Below are positions 21,267 to 29,192 of a DNA stretch of 40,080 bases, piece by piece. The translations under genes and the position numbers were made by a program. How positions within the stretch are numbered: position 1 is the first letter of the stretch; each line of letters begins with the position of its first letter. Origin of the DNA: an uncultured Anaerolineales bacterium (lineage in GTDB: Bacteria > Chloroflexota > Anaerolineae > B4-G1 > SLSP01); the NCBI GenBank assembly GCA_964650935.1, contig CAZYYC010000006.1, positions 1-40,080 of the forward strand, read 5' to 3'. The notes beneath the pieces are model-generated. The model searched no databases. It was not told the origin of the DNA and saw nothing but the letters and a program-made list of their open reading frames with translations.

Positions 21267-21917
21267 ATGAACAAGCGTGAGAAGCTGGAACTGATACGGT
21301 CGACGGGCGTGGTCGCGATCATGCGAGCGCAGAGCTCGGACCAACTGATTGCAGCGGCGGACGCGATCAAGGAAGGGGGCGTGCGCGTCATCGAGGTAAC
21401 GATGACGACGCCCGGCGCGTTGGGCGTGATCGAGGAGGCGACCGATCGCTATGGTGACGAAGTCCTCTTCGGCGCGGGCTCGGTGCTCGACACGGAGACG
21501 GCACGGGCGGCGATGCTCGCCGGGGCCGGCTTCGTGGTCGCACCGACGTTGAGCGTGCCGGTGGTCGAGCTCTGCAATCGCTACGGCGTGCCGGTGATGC
21601 CGGGGATCTACACGCCGACCGAGGCGCTGACGGCCTGGGAGGCGGGGGCGGATATGGTCAAGCTCTTCCCGGCGAGCGTCGGCGGTCCGGATTTGATCAA
21701 GGCCATCCGCGCGCCGCTGCCGCAGTTGGAGATCGTGCCGGTCGGCGGCGTCGACCTCACGACGGCGGTCGACTTTATCCGTAAGGGGGCGGCGGCCCTC
21801 GGCGTGGGCAGCAGCCTGGTGAACCAGAAGTTGCTGGATGCCGGCGATATGGAGGAGCTGACCCGTCGGGCGGTGGCCTTCATCGCCGCGGTAAAGGAGG
21901 GGCGGGGCGAGTCGTAG
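21267..21917 (+). CDS. eda: 2-dehydro-3-deoxy-phosphogluconate / -6-phosphogalactonate aldolase
   Basis: VVAIMRA, GVRVIEVTMTTPGAL, GAGSVLD, VKLFPA and VPVGGV are KDPG-aldolase blocks. The ATG at 21267 is 4 nt after the kinase stop. The context next to dgoD suggests a DgoA role, but sequence alone does not discriminate. Confidence 0.85.
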   Translation: MNKREKLELIRSTGVVAIMRAQSSDQLIAAADAIKEGGVRVIEVTMTTPGALGVIEEATDRYGDEVLFGAGSVLDTETARAAMLAGAGFVVAPTLSVPVVELCNRYGVPVMPGIYTPTEALTAWEAGADMVKLFPASVGGPDLIKAIRAPLPQLEIVPVGGVDLTTAVDFIRKGAAALGVGSSLVNQKLLDAGDMEELTRRAVAFIAAVKEGRGES

Positions 21918-21946
21918 GCTCAGTGCCCTCTCTTGACGACCCATGG

Positions 21947-21977
21947 GCGCCCGAAGCTCTCACAGAGCTTCGGGCGC
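21947..21977. terminator. Perfect 14-bp-stem hairpin between the convergent eda and NurA-operon ends (bidirectional terminator candidate)
   Basis: gcgcccgaagctct (21947-21960) is the exact reverse complement of agagcttcgggcgc (21964-21977), with a cac loop. It sits in the 67-bp convergent gap. Confidence 0.6.
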
Positions 21978-21984
21978 TGATGCT

Positions 21985-22608
21985 CTAGCCCCCGTCGATG
22001 CGGCGGAGTATCTTCTCCAGCCGTACGGGGTCGCGGCCCAGATGCTGGGCCAGATAGCGCCCGGCGCTCAGCAGGTAGGCCTGACGATCGGCGCCATCGT
22101 CCGGTGCGGTTTGCTGCAGCACGGTGGGGATGAGCTCATCTGCAGGCAGGTCGCGGTTGTCCAGCAGCGTCCTCAGGAAATCAACGCTTGCCGTGATCCT
22201 GCGTACCTCTTCAGGGGAGCAGACGGTGATCTGGTGCAGGACCATCGGCGGCTGCGGCGGATAGCCGTAGAGATAGCTCTCGGCCTCGCGATAGCGGTAT
22301 CCGATGGCCACGACGGAGATCTCCACCGGCACGGCGCGGTTCTCCCGCTGGTCACGGATGATCTCCGCATACTCGGGCGCATCGGGCACCACGTTCGCGG
22401 CGAGATTGCGCAGGAAGGGGTCGTCCTGCAGCCGGATATCGTAGACGAGGCCGATCAGCTCCGCGGTCTCCTGTTGGATGGGTGCGCGTACGAAGGCGCC
22501 GAAAGTGGGGACCTCGGGCGCAGGGATGCGCGAGGCGATGACAAAGCCGCGGATGTCCGCGCGCAGCACGTTGCCGATGGTGATGGTCTGATCAGATCCC
22601 GACATCAT
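21985..22608 (-). CDS. NurA-associated 207-aa protein with a HerA-type HAS-barrel-like N-terminal domain and no ATPase domain
   Basis: AGGAGAG RBS. The start is 12 nt after the NurA stop. The pattern TITIGNVLRADIRGFVIAS...PTFGAFVRAPI...LIGLVYDIRL...VPVEISVVAIGY...YPPQPPMVLHQITVCSPEEVRRI parallels the HerA N-terminal barrel as I remember it. No Walker A or B anywhere in the protein. Confidence 0.6.
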   Translation of the reverse strand: MMSGSDQTITIGNVLRADIRGFVIASRIPAPEVPTFGAFVRAPIQQETAELIGLVYDIRLQDDPFLRNLAANVVPDAPEYAEIIRDQRENRAVPVEISVVAIGYRYREAESYLYGYPPQPPMVLHQITVCSPEEVRRITASVDFLRTLLDNRDLPADELIPTVLQQTAPDDGADRQAYLLSAGRYLAQHLGRDPVRLEKILRRIDGG

Positions 22609-22620
22609 CTCTCCTATCCG

Positions 22621-23790
22621 CTATCTGCGTCCCAAGAGGGCTTTCTGCTGAGCCTTCTCCGAAGGCAGCGCGAGGTGCCCGGACGCCAGAATCTCTCGCT
22701 GGATGGCCTGCTCCAACGCGGCCTTGTCCTGTGTCGTCACCAGCGCCTCTTCGTGTGCGCGCGCTAAGACATAGGGGTAGCCGTTCAACGCTGCCGCCTG
22801 GTGCAGCAGCGCAGCGTGGGCGACGGCAGGCGCGCGCCCATCGATGGTGGCCCAAGCCGGTATCTCGATGCGGGCGATCGTCGGGTGCTCACCGCTACCC
22901 ATGTGCACATAGCAGAACCAGATCTCCTGACCCTCCTGGGCGTGCCGGTCGTTGGTCGGCGTGGGACGCGTGAACCACGGCGTGCAGGCCCCGGGCGGAA
23001 GGAAGCTGACCATCAGATCCTCATCCGTCAGGTGGTGTAGCGGGCTCTCCCCGATACGTTCGCCGAACTCGTCGGGCCTCAGCCTGCTCGCCCAGAGCAG
23101 ATCGAGTAAAGGCCGTCCACCCGGGCGGTCGACGTAACCGACCGGATGACCGCCTCCGCGCTGCACACGCCGCATCGCCCCCATGTAGGTTCGGAGCGCA
23201 GACCCTGCATCCGGCACGCGGTCAGCATAGGGCCAGAGCAGCGGGCCGTCGAAGAGTCCAATGACCGGTCCCTGCGCATCCGGCGATGACGCGGCCACGA
23301 GATCCGCCAGGACCTCCATCTCCTTGACCATGCGCTCCATCCCCAGTGTCTCCGCCCCGATCAAGTAGCCGCGTTCATCGAAGAGATCGCTCTCCTCGTA
23401 ACGCAACCATTCGAAGGTCCTCGGTGTCGGTGCACTGCCGTCGTAGCGGAAGATCAGCGCGCCGACCTGCAGTAGGTAGTAGAGGGCCAAAGCGTGACGG
23501 TCGGGGAAGATCTGGGAGCCATCCACGCCGATGAGGACCGCGCCCGTGAGCGACTCCGGTGGACAGGCGATCGGGACATTGAGGGGCCGGTCTGTCACGG
23601 GAACCGCACCCGACCAAGGATCCGTTGAGCCGAGTAGGGGCTGAACGTGCCCGCGCAGCTCCTCGGCACCGGGCACCTCAGCCAGCCAACGTTGTGCAAT
23701 AGCCAGTGCATCCTGACGGGCCTGCCTGGTTGCCGCGGCCTGCCGTCCAAGAGCTGCGATGTCCTCACGGATGCGCTCTAGGCGTAGCAT
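22621..23790 (-). CDS. nurA: NurA-domain nuclease
   Basis: NurA catalytic blocks: VLIGVDGSQI (Asp motif), MVKEMEVLADL (Glu), IGLFDGPLL (Asp), and the C-terminal NGYPYVLARAHEEALV. 389 aa with a helical N-terminus. Confidence 0.8.
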   Translation of the reverse strand: MLRLERIREDIAALGRQAAATRQARQDALAIAQRWLAEVPGAEELRGHVQPLLGSTDPWSGAVPVTDRPLNVPIACPPESLTGAVLIGVDGSQIFPDRHALALYYLLQVGALIFRYDGSAPTPRTFEWLRYEESDLFDERGYLIGAETLGMERMVKEMEVLADLVAASSPDAQGPVIGLFDGPLLWPYADRVPDAGSALRTYMGAMRRVQRGGGHPVGYVDRPGGRPLLDLLWASRLRPDEFGERIGESPLHHLTDEDLMVSFLPPGACTPWFTRPTPTNDRHAQEGQEIWFCYVHMGSGEHPTIARIEIPAWATIDGRAPAVAHAALLHQAAALNGYPYVLARAHEEALVTTQDKAALEQAIQREILASGHLALPSEKAQQKALLGRR

Positions 23791-23831
23791 AGGGCCTCGC
23801 TTGACGTGGTCTCGTGTGGGGCCATAGGTCG

Positions 23832-23859
23832 ATTATAGCCGTCGCGTGGCGGGATACAA
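23832..23859 (-). promoter_or_regulatory. Putative sigma70-type promoter of the NurA operon
   Basis: On the minus strand: TTGTAT (complement of 23854-23859), 16-nt spacer, TATAAT (complement of 23832-23837). The -10 is about 40 nt upstream of the ATG at 23790. Confidence 0.45.
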
Positions 23860-23932
23860 GGACGTGAGCGTGTGAGGTCCGCCATTATCCCAAAGGTGCA
23901 GACAGGATTCTGACATAAAGTTGGGATTTATG

Positions 23933-23961
23933 TTGCATGTGCTGGGGATATGTTGTATAAT
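23933..23961 (+). promoter_or_regulatory. Putative dcw (Pmra) promoter
   Basis: TTGCAT (23933-23938), 17-nt spacer, TATAAT (23956-23961), in the only clearly AT-richer stretch of the window. The -10 is 90 nt upstream of mraZ. Confidence 0.55.
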
Positions 23962-23996
23962 GTGGGCGTTGGTGGGGAGAAGTGGGGAAATATGGG
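23962..23996 (+). promoter_or_regulatory. Array of four direct (G/A)TGGG boxes at exact 10-bp phasing: MraZ-operator-like
   Basis: GTGGG at 23962, 23972 and 23982, and ATGGG at 23992, starting immediately after the -10. Additional TGGG at 23922 and 23944 are roughly helically phased. Confidence 0.55.
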
Positions 23997-24050
23997 ACAG
24001 TAGGCCGGCTCCTCCCTATGGTTTCGCCATTCTAGTGGGGACTACTTATC

Positions 24051-24488
24051 ATGTTCTTGGGCCAGTTCACCTACACACTCGATAACAAAGGTCGGCTTAC
24101 GATTCCCTCGCGGTTCCGCGATGAGTTGCCGGCTGAGATCGTGGTAACCCGCGGACTGGATCGCTGTCTGTCAGTATACCCCATGGAAGTCTGGAAGGAA
24201 ATCTCCCAGAAGGTGACCTCGCTTCCCATCACGGACCCTCGCGGACGCACGCTGCGGCGCGTCTTCTTTGCCGATGCTGTCGCTGCTGAACTGGACAAAC
24301 AGGGACGCGTACTCATCCCTGATCGTCTGCGCGAGTACGCCGGGCTCGACCTCACGTCCGAGGTCCTGGTCGTTGGGCTTGACCGGTTCATCGAGCTCTG
24401 GGACCCGGAGCGTTGGGAACGTCAGAACAGCACCCAGACAGAGGTGATCGATGAGGACCCAGCGTTGTGGGCAGGTCTGCAGATCTAG
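24051..24488 (+). CDS. mraZ: Transcriptional regulator MraZ
   Basis: MFLGQFTYTLDNKGRLTIPSRFR..., and a second half-domain ELDKQGRVLIPDRLREYAGL (duplicated SpoVT/AbrB-type motif). First gene of the dcw cluster. Confidence 0.95.
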   Translation: MFLGQFTYTLDNKGRLTIPSRFRDELPAEIVVTRGLDRCLSVYPMEVWKEISQKVTSLPITDPRGRTLRRVFFADAVAAELDKQGRVLIPDRLREYAGLDLTSEVLVVGLDRFIELWDPERWERQNSTQTEVIDEDPALWAGLQI

Positions 24489-24541
24489 GCTGCGTGGTAG
24501 CTGTGCAACGCCCAGCCAATCGGCGGGGTCGTTGACAGGGC

Positions 24542-25486
24542 ATGGAACCGGTTGAGCACATCCCTGTCCTGACTGAGGACGTGGTGCGTGGACTGTCCGT
24601 CCGCGCGGGTGGGCGCTACCTCGATGCGACGATCGGCGGTGGCGGTCACACAAGGGCGATCCTTGAGGCGAGTGCGCCCGACGGGCGTGTGCTCGGTCTC
24701 GATGCAGATGCCGAGGCGGCGCATCGCGCGCAAACGCGGCTAGCGGCTTACGGTCAGCGGATCGTGGTGGTTCATGCGTCCTACGTCGACCTGCTGTCGG
24801 TCGCAAAGGGCGAGGGCTTCTACCCGTTGGACGGGGTGCTCTTCGACTTGGGTTTCTCGTCGTGGCAGATTGAGGATCCGGCGCGGGGGTTCTCTTTCAG
24901 CCTGTCGGGTCCGTTGGACATGAGGTTCAACACACAGTCGGGAGCCACAGCAGCCGACCTGGTCAACGAGCTATCCGAGGAAGACCTGATTGAGATCCTT
25001 TACACCTATGGTGAGGAGCCGCGGAGCCGCCAGATCGCGCGGGCGATCGTGCGGGCGCGACCGCTCTACACCACCGATGCGTTGTCCGACGTCGTGACCG
25101 AAGCCGTCGGCGGTCGACGCGGCGCGCTGCACCCGGCGACGAGGGTCTTCCAGGCGCTGCGGATCGCGGTCAACCGCGAACTGGCGTCGATCGAGACGGC
25201 GCTGCCGGACGCGGTCGCGGCCCTTAAGCCCGGTGGGCGGCTGGGGGTCATTTCGTTCCACTCGCTGGAAGATCGCATCGTCAAGCGTTTCTTGCAGCGA
25301 GAATCCCGGGACTGCATCTGTCCGCCCGAGATTCCGGTCTGTCAGTGCGACCACCGCCGTACGGTGCGTGTGATCGGCGCATCCGGGAAGGGACGAAAAC
25401 CGGTGGTGCCCTCGGCAGCGGAGGTCGCGGCGAATCCGCGGAGCCGCAGCGCGAAACTGCGATTGGCGGAGCGGGTGGACGGATGA
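24542..25486 (+). CDS. rsmH: 16S rRNA (cytosine1402-N4)-methyltransferase RsmH
   Basis: HIPVLTEDVV, YLDATIGGGGHTRAIL, FDLGFSSWQIEDPARGFSF and SFHSLEDRIVKRF. Confidence 0.95.
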   Translation: MEPVEHIPVLTEDVVRGLSVRAGGRYLDATIGGGGHTRAILEASAPDGRVLGLDADAEAAHRAQTRLAAYGQRIVVVHASYVDLLSVAKGEGFYPLDGVLFDLGFSSWQIEDPARGFSFSLSGPLDMRFNTQSGATAADLVNELSEEDLIEILYTYGEEPRSRQIARAIVRARPLYTTDALSDVVTEAVGGRRGALHPATRVFQALRIAVNRELASIETALPDAVAALKPGGRLGVISFHSLEDRIVKRFLQRESRDCICPPEIPVCQCDHRRTVRVIGASGKGRKPVVPSAAEVAANPRSRSAKLRLAERVDG

Positions 25487-25577
25487 GGGAGGCATCACCT
25501 TCCGGGCTGCCGAGGCGTGGGATAGACGGCGTGGAGGATCAACTGACAGCTAATACGGGACCTTTGGGAGCTTAACG

Positions 25578-25904
25578 ATGAGCGTGGTATGGCAGCAGAG
25601 TACGCACGGTGTGCCGCGACGGCAGGAGCGGCTCAACCAGGTAACGACGCGGGCCATCGTGGTGGGTGCACTGATCGCGACGGTGTTGGTGGGCTCGTAC
25701 CTCGCCTTGGGAGCGCTCAACGTGCGTCTCTCGCGCGAGGTCTGGTCGCTGCACGCGGAATTGGCGGCGCGGCAGCGGGAGATCAGCCGGTTGGAGATCG
25801 AGATCGCGCGGCTGAGCTCCATACCGGTGCTGCAGGAGCGCTCCGTCGCACTGGGGTTTGCCCCGGCCGAATCCATTGAGTTCATCGAACTGGGAGCGCC
25901 CTGA
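25578..25904 (+). CDS. ftsL: Cell division protein FtsL-like (bitopic, coiled coil)
   Basis: 108 aa. Single TM segment AIVVGALIATVLVGSYLALGAL followed by a heptad-like LHAELAARQREISRLEIEIARL. Canonical position between rsmH and ftsI. Confidence 0.7.
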   Translation: MSVVWQQSTHGVPRRQERLNQVTTRAIVVGALIATVLVGSYLALGALNVRLSREVWSLHAELAARQREISRLEIEIARLSSIPVLQERSVALGFAPAESIEFIELGAP

Positions 25905-25905
25905 T

Positions 25906-27636
25906 ATGTTGCGAGGGCCCGAGGCACGCCTACGCTTGGTCAGCGGATTGCTGATGCTGGCGCTGTTGCCGGTGTTGGGGCGGTTGGTCCTGCTGCAGAT
26001 TATCGAGCGCCCGCAGTGGGACGCCGAGGTCGAGACCCTGGTTCAGCGATCGTATGCCTTGCCCGTCCCACCGTCGGGTGTGATCACCGATCGCAACGAT
26101 GCGCTGCTGGTGGGCAATCAGCCCATTTACGACGTCGGTGCCGAAGTGGCCTTGATCTCTGACAAGCTCGCAGCAGCGCGCGAACTCGCGCCTCTCCTGG
26201 GACGCGACGTCCAGGATCTGCTGGAGGATCTGGAGATTGAGGGCTATCGCTGGTGGCCTCTGGCGTGGGGGGTGGGGGGCGAGGCTGCCGTACAGCTCGA
26301 GACACTGAAGGCGGAGAGGTACTACTGGCTGACACTGGAGCCGAAATGGCGCCGCTACTATCCTGAGGGCACGCTGGCGTGCCATGCCCTGGGATTTGTG
26401 AATGCCCAGGGCTATGGCTTCGGCGTTGAGGCCGCGCAGCAGCGCTTCCTGCGCCCCCAACCTTTCGAGCGCACGGGCGTGGTCGACGTGGTGTCGAACC
26501 CGTTCCCCGAGGAGCTCGCTCAAGGCGGATTGCGTGCCTACCCAGGCACCGACCTGAAGCTGACCATCGACCGGACGATCCAGGCTTTCGTCGAAGGCGA
26601 GTTGGCCAGGGCGATCGCCGAATATGGGGCCTACGGGGGCAACATCCTGGTCATCGACCCCCGCACCGGTGCGATCCTGGCGATGGCGAGCAGCCCCACC
26701 TACGAGCCCGGCAACTACGGCCAATACTCGGAGGCTCAGCGCCACCTCTTCGTCGATCCGATCATCAGCGTTCCCTACGAGCCGGGATCGGTCTTCAAGG
26801 TGATCACCGTCGCTGCAGCGCTGGACTCCGGGACGGTGGGGCGCGATTGGTCCTACTATGACAACGGCGCTGTTGAGTATGGCGGCGTCGTGATCCGCAA
26901 CTCGGACCGCCAGGCCCACGGCTATCAGAACCTCCAAGGCGTCATTGATCGCTCGCTGAACGTCGGAGTGGCGACGCTGAGCACGCGCCACATGGGTGCG
27001 GACCTCTTCTTCAAGTACGTGCGCGACTTTGGCTTTGGGCGCAAGACCGGGATCGATCTGACCGGCGAGGTCGCGGGGTTGGTGAGGCTGCCCACGGATT
27101 GGGACTGGACGGATAGCTCACTGGCGACGGTCCCCTTCGGGCAGGGCATCGCGGTGACACCCTTGCAGATGGCGACGGCGGTCTCGGCGTTGGCCAACCA
27201 CGGGACGATGATGGCGCCCTATGTCGTCGCCGAGCGCCACTACCCCGACGGGCGCGTGGTCACGACGCCCGTGCGCACGCTGGGCCAGCCGATCTCGCGA
27301 GCAACGGCCGACCACGTGGCCGAACTGATGGGCAACTACGTCGCGAACCGGTTGGAGAACGCACAGGTGCCCGGCTATCGGGTCGCGGGAAAGACGGGCA
27401 CGGCGCAGATCCCCGTCTCGGGCGGCTACGACCCCGTGAATGTGATGACGTCGTTTGTGGGCTTCGGGCCGTTGCCCGATCCCGAGCTCTTGATCCTGGT
27501 GAATATCGATCGACCCCAGAACCCGGTGCATCTGCGTTGGGGCACGCAGACGGCGGCGCCGCTCTTCCAGCGCGTTGCCTCGCGGCTGTTCGTGTTGCTC
27601 GGCATCCCGCCGATGGAGTTGGTGGCGAGCGAATGA
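25906..27636 (+). CDS. ftsI: Class B penicillin-binding protein / peptidoglycan D,D-transpeptidase FtsI
   Basis: N-terminal TM anchor. Transpeptidase motifs GSVFKV (SxxK), RNSD (SxN-like) and AGKTGTA (KTG). I chose the ATG at 25906, 1 nt after the ftsL stop; the track start 25858 overlaps ftsL. Confidence 0.9.
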   Translation: MLRGPEARLRLVSGLLMLALLPVLGRLVLLQIIERPQWDAEVETLVQRSYALPVPPSGVITDRNDALLVGNQPIYDVGAEVALISDKLAAARELAPLLGRDVQDLLEDLEIEGYRWWPLAWGVGGEAAVQLETLKAERYYWLTLEPKWRRYYPEGTLACHALGFVNAQGYGFGVEAAQQRFLRPQPFERTGVVDVVSNPFPEELAQGGLRAYPGTDLKLTIDRTIQAFVEGELARAIAEYGAYGGNILVIDPRTGAILAMASSPTYEPGNYGQYSEAQRHLFVDPIISVPYEPGSVFKVITVAAALDSGTVGRDWSYYDNGAVEYGGVVIRNSDRQAHGYQNLQGVIDRSLNVGVATLSTRHMGADLFFKYVRDFGFGRKTGIDLTGEVAGLVRLPTDWDWTDSSLATVPFGQGIAVTPLQMATAVSALANHGTMMAPYVVAERHYPDGRVVTTPVRTLGQPISRATADHVAELMGNYVANRLENAQVPGYRVAGKTGTAQIPVSGGYDPVNVMTSFVGFGPLPDPELLILVNIDRPQNPVHLRWGTQTAAPLFQRVASRLFVLLGIPPMELVASE

Positions 27637-29192
27637 TGACGCAAGGTGAGCGGTTTGCACTGGCTGACTTGATCGAGTCCGTCTACGGGTTGCGTCCGCG
27701 GCGGCTCGATGTGCCGATCACGCCGGTCATCGACTCGCGGGAGGCGCAGCCCGGGACCGTCTTTTTCGCCTTTGCGGGCGAGCATGTGGATGGTCACGAT
27801 TACGTCGATGACGCGCTCGCGCGCGGCGCCGTGGCCGTGGTGGTTCAGCGTGATGTCAGACCGTCGCGTCCCTGCACGGTCATCGATGCGCAGTCTGCGG
27901 ACCGATGGTCGGCGGATGACAACCCGGCGACGCCCGTGGTGCTTCGCGTCCCGGATGTGTTGAAAGCGCTGCAGGCCGCCGCTCGCTGGTGGCGGGCGCG
28001 CCTTACCGCACGTGTGATCGGGATCACAGGGAGTGTGGGGAAGACGACGACCAAGGAGATCGTGGCCAGGGTTCTCGAGCAGCGCTATCAGGTCGTGCGG
28101 AGCCAGGCGTCGTACAACAACGAGATTGGCCTTCCGTTGACGTTGCTGGGGCTCACGAGGGCCTGCGAGCGGGTGGTCCTGGAGATGGGGATGTATGTGC
28201 CGGGTGACATTCGCTTCCTGAGCGGCATCGCGCGGCCCGATGTGGGGATCGTCACCAACGTGTCGACGGTCCATGCCGAGCGCGCGGGTTCGATCGAGCA
28301 GATCTCCTTGGGTAAGCGGGAGCTGGTCGAGGTCCTGCCGCCGGCGCCCGTCGGCGTGGCGATCCTGAACTACGACGACGTGCGGGTGCGGGCGATGGGC
28401 GAGCACACGGCGGCCCGCTGTTTCACCTATGGTCTCTCGTCTCAGGCAGATGTGTGGGCCGACAATGTCGAGGGGCTGGGTATGGAGGGCGTTCGGGCGC
28501 GGCTGCACTACCGGGATGATCACATCTCTGTGCAGGTTCCGATGCTGGGCCGCCACAGCATTTTCGGCGTGCTGCGTGGGGCGGCGGCGGGCCTGGTTGA
28601 GGGGTTGACGTGGGATGAGATCATCGCGGGGCTGCAGGCGCGGGCGGTCCAACTGCGGCTGGTCACCGTGCCGGGTCCTGACGGCAGCCTGATCATCGAT
28701 GACTCCTACAATTCGAGTCCCCCTTCGGCGCTTGCTGCGTTGAGCCTGCTTGAGGATATGGGACGGGACGTCGCCGGTCAGAACCGGTCCGCCGGTCAGA
28801 ACCGGTCCGCCGGTCAGAACCGGTCCGCCGGTCAGAACCGGTCCGCCGGACGTACCGTTGCGGTGTTGGGCGATATGTTGGAGCTGGGCGCCTACGAGCG
28901 CGAGGGCCACCTGCAGGTGGGGTGCCGTGCGGCGGAAGTGGCGACAGAATTGGTCGTGGTCGGCGAGCTGGGGCAGTTGATCGGTGAAGGTGCGATGAGC
29001 TGCGGTATGGATGCGGTCCATATCCGTCAGGCGGTGAACAGTGAGGCGGCGATCGAGGTCGTCCGCGAGGTGCTGCAGCCGGGCGATGTGGTCCTGATCA
29101 AGGGATCGCGTGGGGTGAAGATGGAGACGATTGTGGCGGCGCTCACGGCGCAGACCCAGCCTTCGACTCCGCGAGAGTCAGGTGCGCGGTGA
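27633..29192 (+). CDS. murF: UDP-N-acetylmuramoyl-tripeptide--D-alanyl-D-alanine ligase MurF (with an in-frame repeat insertion)
   Basis: GITGSVGKTTTKE, YNNEIGLPLTLL, DDSYNSSP, VLGDMLELG and IKGSRGVKME. The ATG at 27633 overlaps the ftsI stop (ATGA). Confidence 0.9.
   Translation: MMTQGERFALADLIESVYGLRPRRLDVPITPVIDSREAQPGTVFFAFAGEHVDGHDYVDDALARGAVAVVVQRDVRPSRPCTVIDAQSADRWSADDNPATPVVLRVPDVLKALQAAARWWRARLTARVIGITGSVGKTTTKEIVARVLEQRYQVVRSQASYNNEIGLPLTLLGLTRACERVVLEMGMYVPGDIRFLSGIARPDVGIVTNVSTVHAERAGSIEQISLGKRELVEVLPPAPVGVAILNYDDVRVRAMGEHTAARCFTYGLSSQADVWADNVEGLGMEGVRARLHYRDDHISVQVPMLGRHSIFGVLRGAAAGLVEGLTWDEIIAGLQARAVQLRLVTVPGPDGSLIIDDSYNSSPPSALAALSLLEDMGRDVAGQNRSAGQNRSAGQNRSAGQNRSAGRTVAVLGDMLELGAYEREGHLQVGCRAAEVATELVVVGELGQLIGEGAMSCGMDAVHIRQAVNSEAAIEVVREVLQPGDVVLIKGSRGVKMETIVAALTAQTQPSTPRESGAR
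28773..28849 (+). repeat. Perfect tandem repeat, 4 full copies plus 5 nt of an 18-bp unit gccggtcagaaccggtcc, in frame within murF (encodes AGQNRS x4)
   Basis: Copies at 28773-28790, 28791-28808, 28809-28826 and 28827-28844 are identical, and 28845-28849 repeats the first 5 nt. 28773 is in the murF codon phase. Confidence 0.95.

Noticed and set aside
28773-28849. Could the 18-bp repeats be a miniature CRISPR array or a regulatory repeat?
   Set aside because: The copies are directly adjacent with no spacers, lie in phase inside a conserved coding frame, and there are no cas genes. It is a coding minisatellite.
27426-29021. 531-aa minus-strand ORF containing a GGPVLT x4 repeat
   Set aside because: It is the antisense shadow of murF. 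The plus frame carries all MurF signature motifs, whereas this frame is R/P/H-rich low-complexity sequence. Its repeat is simply the reverse translation of the 18-bp murF minisatellite.
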